From a virus, in IMG/VR virus record IMGVR_UViG_3300008255_000101, positions 1-64,000 of that record: a stretch of 64,000 bases of DNA; one strand, 5' to 3'. This document shows positions 45,815 through 55,025 of the stretch, piece after piece. A model generated the notes under the pieces. It worked only from the letters and a program-made list of their open reading frames with translations, searched no databases and was not told where the DNA came from. A program made the position numbers and the translations under genes. Every line of letters begins with the position of its first letter. Position 1 is the first letter of the stretch.

Positions 45815-47209
45815 CTATTTGGGATCATATTCGATGTGGAAGTGCTCGACGGGTCCATGCAAAAGTACGTCGTAGTCCTTACCCAGAACCCGTCGGAACT
45901 CACCCAATATCTGTTTTTTGGTAGTAGCGGGCATACCGTTGGAACGGAAGTCCGCGGCTAATCCTTGGTAATGCAAAGAGTTTGTCGCAGTATGGGTACC
46001 ATCCTTGGCCGAGGTCACCATCAGGGGATACCAGTGCCCTATCTCCGCGTCAGTCTGTAACCCTTGGTCTTTTACTTGCTGGGCGTACTTTGCCACTATT
46101 GCCGCTAGTATAGGTATCTTGGAAGCTATCTCCGTCTTGAGCTCCACAAGGTTGGTTTTACCGCTAAGAGCCCTTATGGTGCCGTTCTCTACCAAGGGTA
46201 CCAGATAGCTTCCGGTAGCGTAGCGAGTTACACCCGTGTTCTTCAGGTATTCATTGACCGCCTTAAAATTCAGAGTCATACGGGTTTGGGCGGACCCTCC
46301 CGTATCTACTCCCTGTACAAAAAGCTTTATACCCGAGTAGTGGTTGGTGCCAGTGCTCAGATGGCCCTCTACGTTATCACCAAGTATACCCGAAACCACA
46401 AACTCAAAAGAATACGAAAATCTAAAGGGGCTACTGGCGTCGTCCTCTAAGGTGAAGGAATTGAAAGTTCCTAAGTACGTGGTTCCTCCGTAGGAGATAG
46501 CCAACGTGTCCATTACGTGAATAACCCTAGTACGCTTGTCGCCTATGAAGGCAGTGGGCATCGCCGACGGTGCAAAAGTGCTTACGGGTATGTCCACCTC
46601 TGGTGTTTCCTTCGTGGGCATGGAGGTGCTGAAAAGGGGGTTGTCGCTGTTTGCCTTTATACCCAAATTACCAGGCTGCACGCCTTCGGTTAAATGCCTG
46701 TACCCATTACCTCTCACCAGTGAAACAAAGGACATCATATTGGCGTAGGCTAAGCTGTCTTTTTTAGAAACACCCTGACCGGAGAAAGCTGTGTTAGCTA
46801 AGCCCCCGTCCAAGTTAATAAAGGCGGCACTCGAACCGTTACCGGTTAGCGTTGGCTGGGCCTTCCCCCATAACGAATTTATGTGACCGTCCCGTCCGTA
46901 CTGGCTGTTTTGCACCTGTGCGGACCCCACGTTTAAATCCGACGGGTTTATCATCATTGTGAGCTTGTGCTTTACTTCCATGTCGCTTGGGGATGTCGTA
47001 CCCGCCACATACACCAGTATCTCGAAGGGCAGCATGTCCGAGGCAGACCTAGACTGGATGGACGAGGTTATGGAGTACCCCGTTTCAGGAGTGTTCTTAC
47101 GTGACCCCACGGACCTTATGGCATTGTTACTGACAGTCCCCTGGACGCCCTCGCGGCCATCGTCCTTGAGCCAGCTAGCTACGAAATTAGGATCTACTGG
47201 ACGTTCCAT
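45815..47209 (-). CDS. Tail-tube initiator-like protein fused to a C-terminal M15 (D-Ala-D-Ala-type Zn) peptidase
   Basis: INPSDL...GTFNSFTLEDDASSPFRFSYSFEF tube-like domain; C-terminal VTSAKDGTH..SLHYQGLAADFR...HFHIEYD with the H-x6-D / HxH Zn ligands of M15. Confidence 0.75.
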   Translation of the reverse strand: MERPVDPNFVASWLKDDGREGVQGTVSNNAIRSVGSRKNTPETGYSITSSIQSRSASDMLPFEILVYVAGTTSPSDMEVKHKLTMMINPSDLNVGSAQVQNSQYGRDGHINSLWGKAQPTLTGNGSSAAFINLDGGLANTAFSGQGVSKKDSLAYANMMSFVSLVRGNGYRHLTEGVQPGNLGIKANSDNPLFSTSMPTKETPEVDIPVSTFAPSAMPTAFIGDKRTRVIHVMDTLAISYGGTTYLGTFNSFTLEDDASSPFRFSYSFEFVVSGILGDNVEGHLSTGTNHYSGIKLFVQGVDTGGSAQTRMTLNFKAVNEYLKNTGVTRYATGSYLVPLVENGTIRALSGKTNLVELKTEIASKIPILAAIVAKYAQQVKDQGLQTDAEIGHWYPLMVTSAKDGTHTATNSLHYQGLAADFRSNGMPATTKKQILGEFRRVLGKDYDVLLHGPVEHFHIEYDPK

Positions 47210-47216
47210 GGTACCC

Positions 47217-48590
47217 TCACAACCACTTTGTGTGTTCGGCGCGGAACGACACGTTATAGCTCAAGCTGAATGGTTTATCTGAGGACTCAGTAACATCGAA
47301 TGATTCAAAGTACCCTATGAACTCTGCAAAGTAGCATCTCATCCGAATGTATAAACGGTAATTAGCCATACCAGCCCTAGGGTGGTTACCCACCGTGTAG
47401 GGATTGGCCGGGTCCCCCATGTTGAAGAAAGTTCTTCTTTGTATGAGGGGAGTCAGCAACCCTGTGTCGGGATCTCTCTTTAAGGGGATTTCTTTGTCCT
47501 GGTACACTATGCCGTTGGTCGTGTACAAGTCCACCAAGTGCTGAAGCTCTTTGTACGGTTCAGATATGTTTCTGCTGTTTACGCACAGACCCTGTCCTCC
47601 GTCAGTCTTAAAATCAATAAAGGCGTAGCTGGTTCCTGAGAAGGATATCTGATCCATCTCATCGCCCCAATGCTCCTCTACCCAACGTACCAGGGTTTGG
47701 TACCTATTGGTTTTTTTGGCAGCATTTATTACTAAGGAAGCGGGTGACATATTTAGCTGCAGGGACGTGACGATCCTTCCCTCAGCTGCTTCCAAATCCA
47801 CTCGGCGAGGTTCCGTACCGTCCAAGGACGGAGTTATCATCTCCACCGTGAAGAAGTCGGATCTAGGCCTACGACGTGACATGCTGTCAGCCTGGTAGTA
47901 GGTGGGGGAACTATCCAGCAGCTTAGCGCCCGCGGTAGCCTTTACAGACACATTGTCCAAAAACAGATGGTCGATGGATGTGTTCTTGGCGAAACAGTTG
48001 GCATGTATCGTCAGGGGCAAGCTCGTCCTCAAGCCTTCCAAAGCTTGGATACTTCTTTTCTTCTCAGCGGCGGTGTAGGATTTAAAGTTCTGTACGCGGG
48101 TTATGTAGACATCGATGGACTTATTCACCATAGCGATCATGTCCTGGTACCCGGCCAGGACGGAGTAGTCGGTTTCGCTTAGCATAGCCAGCAGATTGTT
48201 CCTGCCCTGGCCCACTGGGTCAGAGGAGTCCGAAGGGTTCGCTATACCGCGAAGTTCGTCATACTGGTCGAGCTGGGACAGCCTTAGCAGGTTGTCTGGA
48301 CCGTATTTGCCCTCGGGTATCTCCACGCCTTTACCCGATAGGTAAAACTTGGCACCAGGGTCAGAAGCATCGTAAACGATGTTGGTGGCTGCACTCGTAG
48401 CGAAGGCTATGTTGGCTACCTCGGGCGACTCCGTGGCCACTGTGATAGCGTCCTCTATCTCAGCACGGACGCAGGCTAGGTAATAGAAGTCCCCGCTCAC
48501 GTTACCGTAGACGGTATCGGGATTTGGTTTCTTAGGCCCCGTGGAGAAGTCTAGTGTAGACTGGGGGAATGTTGTCTCGTTTGTGGCCAC
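47217..48590 (-). CDS. Tail-tube initiator-like protein (gp48/gp54-like paralogue)
   Basis: MSPASL...EHWGDEMDQISFSG...GYFESFDVTESSDKPFSLSYNVSF parallels the domain in 45815-47209; follows the tape measure. Confidence 0.7.
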   Translation of the reverse strand: MATNETTFPQSTLDFSTGPKKPNPDTVYGNVSGDFYYLACVRAEIEDAITVATESPEVANIAFATSAATNIVYDASDPGAKFYLSGKGVEIPEGKYGPDNLLRLSQLDQYDELRGIANPSDSSDPVGQGRNNLLAMLSETDYSVLAGYQDMIAMVNKSIDVYITRVQNFKSYTAAEKKRSIQALEGLRTSLPLTIHANCFAKNTSIDHLFLDNVSVKATAGAKLLDSSPTYYQADSMSRRRPRSDFFTVEMITPSLDGTEPRRVDLEAAEGRIVTSLQLNMSPASLVINAAKKTNRYQTLVRWVEEHWGDEMDQISFSGTSYAFIDFKTDGGQGLCVNSRNISEPYKELQHLVDLYTTNGIVYQDKEIPLKRDPDTGLLTPLIQRRTFFNMGDPANPYTVGNHPRAGMANYRLYIRMRCYFAEFIGYFESFDVTESSDKPFSLSYNVSFRAEHTKWL

Positions 48591-51562
48591 TATTCTTCCT
48601 GCTTCTCAACGTAGTTGACCTTATCTAGGTCACCCTTTACGTCGTTGGAGTTGTTAAAAGTAACAGACAAATTCTTCACAGTGTATACTTTCCCACCTCC
48701 AGCTGTCGTCTTGTGCTGACCCACGTCTCCACCCTCGGCAGCTGCACCGCTAGCTTCGTACGCAGTGAATGTTTTGTTTTTGAAGTATTTCTCGGAGTCT
48801 ATCAAATCCTTACCACGGTCGCGGAACGCAGCGGCCCTTTGGTCAGGGTCCAGATCGTCCAGTTCCTTAGCCACACGTGAGTGGGCTTTCCCTATAGCCC
48901 TCTTAGAATCGTAAACCCCTTTATCGGCTTTGGTGCCTAGGCGAGTAAGGTCGAGGTCGCCTCCATATTTTTCCATTAGGGTCTTGAACTGAGTGTCCGC
49001 GTCACCGCTACCCAATTTCATCTTATCCATTTCCTGGTCTACCGTAGTCCCTTCTTTCATAGCCCGTAACCGTGCTACACTGTACTTAGACTTAGCCAGG
49101 ATTTCTTCTTTGTCTGCCCCATTGGTTGCGTTAGCCATGGCCTCTTTGGCGTTCGTCATGTTAGCTACGGCCATTTGGTCTTTTTTGGCTTCCTCAAAGC
49201 TAGCCGTACTTTCCTTTAGCTCCGATGCTGCAGCTTCAAAGTCGTCCCTCTCGCTTCGAGTCATAAAGTCTAGAATACCAAACACACCCTTCTTGATAGC
49301 CAGGGACGCTGCGTAGGATGCTTCAGCTTTATCCGAAGAGAATATCTGCCACTCCAAAGCCTCCTTGGTTATACCAGACATTTTCTCCAACGGGGTCAAT
49401 GCCTTTATCTGGGCTTTCTGGTTCTTTACAGAATCCTTGTACATACCCGAAGAGCTATCTGCGGTGCGTTCCAGCTGCTTCTCTGCAATAGCGGAGGAGC
49501 TGGCGCCCACCAAATTCTTACCCTTAGCAAAGAGTCCCTCATTTTTAGTGAGAAGACCCGAGAATGTTTCACCTAGGGACTTGGAGTCCTTTTCCAACAT
49601 GTATATGAAATCCTTAATGTCGTCCGGGTTTACACCCTGTTCCTTAAGGATACCTGTCATCTGTTTCTTAGCGGCGTCTGATTCGAACTGGCTCATGTCC
49701 CGTCCCTTACTCAGGGTGTCCATAAGCTGCCTAAAACCTTCTTTCTGGTCCTTAGTGGCATCTCCACCGCCCACAGCATTTTTCATGTAATCGTTCAGCT
49801 TACCCACTACGGGGGCCAATTGGGCCTTATCACCCTGAATAGCGTTCTTCAGTTTCTCAACCATGTCCTCGCTCATACCCAGACCCTGTGCGGACACCAA
49901 ACCTCCGTAACTGCCCAGGTACTCTTCCATGGACTGACCGTTCTGGCCCTTGACATTCTTAAGAGCCTTCATGATAAGAGGTACTGAGTCCACGTAGCGT
50001 GTGGCGCTAGATAGTGCCCCATACCTTTCCCCGCCCTGTGTGTTAAGAGCGTCCGAGATTTTGGAGCGCTGACCCTTCAGCTTCCTTCGCTCCTCGTCCG
50101 TTACGTTACCACCGGCTAGCTTCTTATTGATCTGGTCCAGTTTTTCTTGAAGGGCGGGGGCTATGACCGTCTCCTCGGCCCCTTTACCCATTATACCAGT
50201 GAACTTCATGCGCTCGGTTATATCCTTGCCCCTAAAGAAGGTGGTAAGATCGCCGGTCATCTCCTCAGCATCCTTCTGGGTCACACCTGCATTGTTCGAA
50301 AATTTCTCCAAAGTGGAAGCTGCTGCCTTTGTGAAGTTACCATAGGTACCCATGGACAGCGTCGACGCCTGGATGACATTCAAAAATTTATTGGACTCTA
50401 TTCCAGCGGAGCGTGCGCTCTTGGCTACTTCCTCGAAACCTTCTTGCATGGTGCTTATACTGGAACCCATCTCTAGATTCTGCTGCACCATGGCCTCGCC
50501 CATGACTTCGGTGGATACACCGAGGGCCAAGCTAGTTCTACGGGTAGCTTCCATGGTGGCACCAAAGTCCCCCATTTTCTCGGTTACACCGTGAAGGGAC
50601 AATCCCCCCTGCGTCATGGATTCGAACATGGACTTCCAGTCCGAGGAATCCATGCCAAGCTCCATATTGGTACGTATGTCCCGGATAGCGGAGTTGAACT
50701 CCTTTCCTTCTTTCACAAACTGGGTACCGCTAGTCTGGGCACCCGACATGGAGGAATAGTCCTTCATGGCTCCGGTATACTTATTGTTCCCGTAGTTGAC
50801 GGCGTCGTTGATCATGGACCCTACCTGTACGGCGGTGCCCACTAGGGGTACTGCCTTGCTGGCTCCGGCCAATCCTCCGCCCAGCATCTTCGCTGCACCC
50901 CCGCCCATCCTCATGGCTCCGCCCAGAGCCTTGCCCCCTATACCGGCTCCGGGCTTGCTGCCCGCGAACCTACCCAGTAGGCTTTGGCGACGTCCCCAGG
51001 ACTTCATCATGTTGCCAGTAGAGCGCCATTCGCTGGGGTCCTTATTCACCCAACCCCTCTTAAGGGAGCCACCTATGTCCTTGGCCGCGGCGCCCCGCTT
51101 CATCCACTTGGCGCCAATGGCTTCGCTGTCGACCTTGTGTATGGCTTTGTTAATACCCTTGATTCTATTTAGAACCTCAGTCTGGGTTTTTTTGGATAAA
51201 AGCTGATCGGCTGACAGACCTCCACCACTCTCCAGAGCCTTCTGCAGATTTTTGATGGTCTTGAGAGCCCTCTTTCCGTAGGCGTCCTCAAACGCATCAC
51301 CCGAGGCATTTACGGACTTATTGAAGTCCTTATTGATGGTCCTCGGTATTTTCTTAAGGGCATCGTCAATGCTCTCCAGGGTCTCTTCATAATCACTAGC
51401 GTTCGCGTTAGCTTTCTTCAGGGCGTCCTGGGTGGCCTCATTGTATTCACGCTGAGCTTTCTTCAGACCACGGACAGTATCCAAGAGCTTCTTCTCAAGC
51501 TCTAGGGTTTTTTCCAACTCCGCGTTGGTCCTCTTGGTGTTTTCTTCCATATCCGAAGCCAT
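48590..51562 (-). CDS. Tape measure protein
   Basis: 990 aa, helical and A/G/K/M-rich with a Gly-rich hydrophobic stretch; follows the chaperones. Confidence 0.8.
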   Translation of the reverse strand: MASDMEENTKRTNAELEKTLELEKKLLDTVRGLKKAQREYNEATQDALKKANANASDYEETLESIDDALKKIPRTINKDFNKSVNASGDAFEDAYGKRALKTIKNLQKALESGGGLSADQLLSKKTQTEVLNRIKGINKAIHKVDSEAIGAKWMKRGAAAKDIGGSLKRGWVNKDPSEWRSTGNMMKSWGRRQSLLGRFAGSKPGAGIGGKALGGAMRMGGGAAKMLGGGLAGASKAVPLVGTAVQVGSMINDAVNYGNNKYTGAMKDYSSMSGAQTSGTQFVKEGKEFNSAIRDIRTNMELGMDSSDWKSMFESMTQGGLSLHGVTEKMGDFGATMEATRRTSLALGVSTEVMGEAMVQQNLEMGSSISTMQEGFEEVAKSARSAGIESNKFLNVIQASTLSMGTYGNFTKAAASTLEKFSNNAGVTQKDAEEMTGDLTTFFRGKDITERMKFTGIMGKGAEETVIAPALQEKLDQINKKLAGGNVTDEERRKLKGQRSKISDALNTQGGERYGALSSATRYVDSVPLIMKALKNVKGQNGQSMEEYLGSYGGLVSAQGLGMSEDMVEKLKNAIQGDKAQLAPVVGKLNDYMKNAVGGGDATKDQKEGFRQLMDTLSKGRDMSQFESDAAKKQMTGILKEQGVNPDDIKDFIYMLEKDSKSLGETFSGLLTKNEGLFAKGKNLVGASSSAIAEKQLERTADSSSGMYKDSVKNQKAQIKALTPLEKMSGITKEALEWQIFSSDKAEASYAASLAIKKGVFGILDFMTRSERDDFEAAASELKESTASFEEAKKDQMAVANMTNAKEAMANATNGADKEEILAKSKYSVARLRAMKEGTTVDQEMDKMKLGSGDADTQFKTLMEKYGGDLDLTRLGTKADKGVYDSKRAIGKAHSRVAKELDDLDPDQRAAAFRDRGKDLIDSEKYFKNKTFTAYEASGAAAEGGDVGQHKTTAGGGKVYTVKNLSVTFNNSNDVKGDLDKVNYVEKQEE

Positions 51563-51569
51563 TATGAAC

Positions 51570-52661
51570 CTACCTCACAGAGCCCCTCGGCTCTCCTATT
51601 ACCCTTTTACCTACTACCGCGGTGGCACCCGGTCTGATAGGCACCTCGCTGGCTGCTATCCTAACCCTGTCCTCCTCAGCCTTTTGCTTCGCCAATCCCA
51701 TAGGGGTCGCCTCACCCCTCATAACCCTTTCCATTTCCTCCGGGGTCACTTCGAAACTACCGGTGTGGGGATCACCGCCCCTTTGGCGGCGAACTTCTTC
51801 CAGACGCTTCTTTTCGACCTCTTCTCTTTCCTGAAGTTCTCGACGTAGCTTTACACGGTAACCCTCGATAAAGAGATCATGCTTATCTTGGACGCCGTGC
51901 ATCTGTCTTTCCAGCTCGTCCATGATATCTTTGGCAGTATCCAATTTTGCAGTCCACCGCTCTTTCTTGTCAAGGGACTTGTCCTTGGTGATCCTCTTAT
52001 GCGCCTCGGAGCCATACTCCACAAGCATCCTACGATTTTTCTCTATAAGCTCTTTTTCACCCTTGATACCGGCTCCCACTTTTTGGGAACCCTTGGGGTT
52101 TGTGGCAGAGGTAAGAAAAAGAGCATTTGACATTCTCTTATCACTTTCCACTTCTTGGTCCAAACTCATATTCACCAGGGACCATACCTCCACACTTTCA
52201 GGTATACCCAAGGTGGAAGTGCCGGGGATATGAGTGACCTCTGGGGATAGGAGGGGGCTACCCCTACGGGACTTCCACAGCAGCCTTGATGGTGTACTGT
52301 ATGAGAACCCCTCCACTAGATTACAATAGCGCCTATAGCGACCCTGCAACCTAATAGCAGTCTCCTCCACATTTTCGAACAGATGGACTGGGAGGCTACC
52401 GTACATGTCGACGAGGCTGTCTACGTGCTCCTGGCGGTTCTCCAGGGTCATTACCCCGTTAGCCATAAACGTAGCGTAAGCCATGCGGTATAAACGAAAG
52501 CACAGGATCCCCCTGCCGAACGAATGGTAGCGGGCCATGTCCAACTCATGGGGTGTCAAAGTTTTCAGGATAAGGGAAAGACCGCCGTAGTTAAACCCTA
52601 CGGTGTCAAACCCTCTCTCAGCGACTTTGAGGAGAACCCTGTATGCACGGCCTACATCCAT
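51570..52661 (-). CDS. Tail assembly chaperone-like protein (second)
   Basis: Between tube and tape measure; N-terminus resembles 52677-53288. Confidence 0.55.
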   Translation of the reverse strand: MDVGRAYRVLLKVAERGFDTVGFNYGGLSLILKTLTPHELDMARYHSFGRGILCFRLYRMAYATFMANGVMTLENRQEHVDSLVDMYGSLPVHLFENVEETAIRLQGRYRRYCNLVEGFSYSTPSRLLWKSRRGSPLLSPEVTHIPGTSTLGIPESVEVWSLVNMSLDQEVESDKRMSNALFLTSATNPKGSQKVGAGIKGEKELIEKNRRMLVEYGSEAHKRITKDKSLDKKERWTAKLDTAKDIMDELERQMHGVQDKHDLFIEGYRVKLRRELQEREEVEKKRLEEVRRQRGGDPHTGSFEVTPEEMERVMRGEATPMGLAKQKAEEDRVRIAASEVPIRPGATAVVGKRVIGEPRGSVR

Positions 52662-52676
52662 TATGGGGCAGCTCCG

Positions 52677-53288
52677 CTATGCCACTGGTTCTGTAGGAGT
52701 GGGTGGTTCGGGGGTCTGGAAGGAGGGAGTATCTTGAGAGGTACTACCATCGTCCGTATACTCCACACGCCGTTCCTCTTCCTGACGCATTTTTTCCTCT
52801 TCAGCAAGAAGGGCTTCTTCTTCCTCCTGCTCGTCCCTTTCATCCTTTTCAATAAGATTTTCCCCGAACCACTCGTATTTTACGGATTCTCGGATATCCT
52901 TACGGATCTTCTTTTTCAAGTCGATGCATACAAGGTGTAGGGATGTGACCAGGGAAGCAGGCCATTCTGTGATCTCCCCCAACAGGTACAAAACCCGTTC
53001 CTTGGTATGGGCGGGCACATCGCCTTCTGCGGGGATATTCACGATTTCAGGTATTTCTACGCCATCGACGGCCTTCAGCATGGACGCGATGGTCCGGAGC
53101 CGGATATTACCTATGGCGGCCACGGCGTCGCTGGGGTCGATTGCCTGTTGGGACAATTCACCAGCTAGGGCAAACTCATCCCTATTGGACGTGGGGCCAA
53201 ATCCGAATACGACACCTTTGATGGTGGCGGTGGCTTTCAGGTTATCGTCCCGAAAGGCTTCCTTGATTTTCTTGGTGATGTTCAGCAT
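52677..53288 (-). CDS. Tail assembly chaperone-like protein (first)
   Basis: First gene after the tube; acidic tail. Confidence 0.55.
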   Translation of the reverse strand: MLNITKKIKEAFRDDNLKATATIKGVVFGFGPTSNRDEFALAGELSQQAIDPSDAVAAIGNIRLRTIASMLKAVDGVEIPEIVNIPAEGDVPAHTKERVLYLLGEITEWPASLVTSLHLVCIDLKKKIRKDIRESVKYEWFGENLIEKDERDEQEEEEALLAEEEKMRQEEERRVEYTDDGSTSQDTPSFQTPEPPTPTEPVA

Positions 53289-53462
53289 CTACCCGTCTCC
53301 TATCTAATGGACATAACGTCCGTTTTTGATTTGCACAATTAACCATGCAAGACGGGGCAGCACTAAGACCGAATGTTCTAAGATTTTTCATGTGGTATCT
53401 TTTTGCTGGTAAGGCTACTTTTGGCCCTACGATATCTTATTTCATTTTGGATCTTGGATCGG

Positions 53463-53493
53463 AAAAAGGCCCCGGTTTTTACACCGGGGCCTT
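53463..53493 (-). terminator. Intrinsic terminator after the tail tube gene
   Basis: AAGGCCCCGG / CCGGGGCCTT stem ending in a T run on the minus strand. Confidence 0.85.
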
Positions 53494-53516
53494 CAGTCCC
53501 GTCTTACGTCAACGTC

Positions 53517-54179
53517 TTAGGCCGTTAGGCCTTGCATACGCACAGACATCATCTTGTTACCGGTATCCTCGCGAGGATCGGTAAGGATCTGATGAGTACC
53601 ATCGTACACGTCGGAAACCATCATGGAACAATTTTCTTGCACCAAGGCAGCATCGGAAGAATAACTGGTGCTCCAATCTTGGAACCAGCATGCTTCAAAC
53701 ACCGTTAGGGTAGCCGAAAAATCTTCACCAGTGGCGTCCTGCATTCCACTCTTACCGTTACCGTCAGACAGATCCGAAACCAGTTCAGAGAACACGGTTT
53801 CCTTGATCACGTCGAAAGGCCAGCGGTGATGTTTCAGTGAGCGTACCAGTCCGTCGATACCACCCTTGTACCCAAACACCTGATACATGTTGGACAAGTA
53901 CTGTGCAGTACGGTCCACGCTCAGGGTCATAGGTTCAGTTACACCGGGAATCAATTCAGCGATCTGGTCGCCGTAACCGATACCACGGATGGGTTCGATC
54001 GAACGGGATTCATTGGGGTTGAATGCAGCGATCACACCGACCTGCACCTTCTGCCCTTCCCCTTGTTCTTGTCCTGCAGGTACCGCGAAGATCTTCGTCT
54101 TGGACGAAATCTCGGAAACGGTATTTGGGGAAACACCTTTCCTAACTACGTAGGTATCCTGATCACTTCTCAGAGCCAT
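53517..54179 (-). CDS. Tail tube protein
   Basis: QVGVI..FNPNESR...IRGIG...ELIPG...LSVDRT, WPFDV, FEACWF...S..Y; downstream of the sheath. Confidence 0.8.
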   Translation of the reverse strand: MALRSDQDTYVVRKGVSPNTVSEISSKTKIFAVPAGQEQGEGQKVQVGVIAAFNPNESRSIEPIRGIGYGDQIAELIPGVTEPMTLSVDRTAQYLSNMYQVFGYKGGIDGLVRSLKHHRWPFDVIKETVFSELVSDLSDGNGKSGMQDATGEDFSATLTVFEACWFQDWSTSYSSDAALVQENCSMMVSDVYDGTHQILTDPREDTGNKMMSVRMQGLTA

Positions 54180-54216
54180 ATGTTACTCCTCCAATTACAC
54201 GTTCCGATGAACGGTC

Positions 54217-55014
54217 TTAGTTATTGAAAAGACCGTGTAGTTCGCTGTCCGATGCTTCCAGTTGGACAGGTTCCACAGAGGAACTTCCACCCATTTGGAT
54301 ACCTGCGAACACGTAACCTTCTTCAGCAGCTTCCTTGGGCTCTTCCTTCCCCTCTTCCTTCTCAGGAGCGGGTGCGGGAGCTTCGGCAGCAGCCTTGGAT
54401 TCCATGGTGTCCACAGGTCCATCGCTCTTAGCCACCATGTCCGATTTGATCACGGTAGCGTCTTCCGGAGTTTGCTCTTTGGGGAGCTTTGCACCGGTAT
54501 TGTCGGGGGTGTCGGTCACAGTGCCTTCACCTTCGGACTTTCCATCAGGAATCTGTTCCTTAGGGAGAGCAGCCGCAGGGACAGCATCAGGACGACCAGC
54601 ATCGGCAGCAAGCTTGGCTAGCACAGCGGCCGCGGCCTTACTGTTCCAGGCGCCTGCAGCTTCCGCAGCAGATTTCATGGTGATCACAGGTCCGTCGCTC
54701 TTCTTCACCATGTCAGAATCCAGGGATTCAGCGACATCGGGAAGTTGATTGGTTTCGACCTTGGCACCGGAAGCTTCAGGAGCGGTCTGCTCCGTGCCTT
54801 GCTTGACGCCTTCGCCGTCAGGAGTTTGATCCTTAGGCAAAGTAGAGGCAAGCTTGGCCAGGGAGTCCAAGTTCACCATACTGGCAAACTTCTCGTCCGA
54901 AGCTTGATGGAGAGCCTCAGCCGCGGTATTGATATCCGTGGCCATGGCTTCGTGGGTGATAATCTCAGATGCTTGCCTGAGAAGACCTATGAGGGCTACC
55001 TTCTGTTCTTGCAT
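54217..55014 (-). CDS. Acidic Ala/Pro-rich repeat protein between sheath and tube
   Basis: Two ~70-aa repeats (LAKLA..LPK.Q.PDG...GAK...SDMV.KSDGPV.TM); strong GGAG RBS. Confidence 0.7.
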   Translation of the reverse strand: MQEQKVALIGLLRQASEIITHEAMATDINTAAEALHQASDEKFASMVNLDSLAKLASTLPKDQTPDGEGVKQGTEQTAPEASGAKVETNQLPDVAESLDSDMVKKSDGPVITMKSAAEAAGAWNSKAAAAVLAKLAADAGRPDAVPAAALPKEQIPDGKSEGEGTVTDTPDNTGAKLPKEQTPEDATVIKSDMVAKSDGPVDTMESKAAAEAPAPAPEKEEGKEEPKEAAEEGYVFAGIQMGGSSSVEPVQLEASDSELHGLFNN

Positions 55015-55025
55015 TTTGTTTCTCC

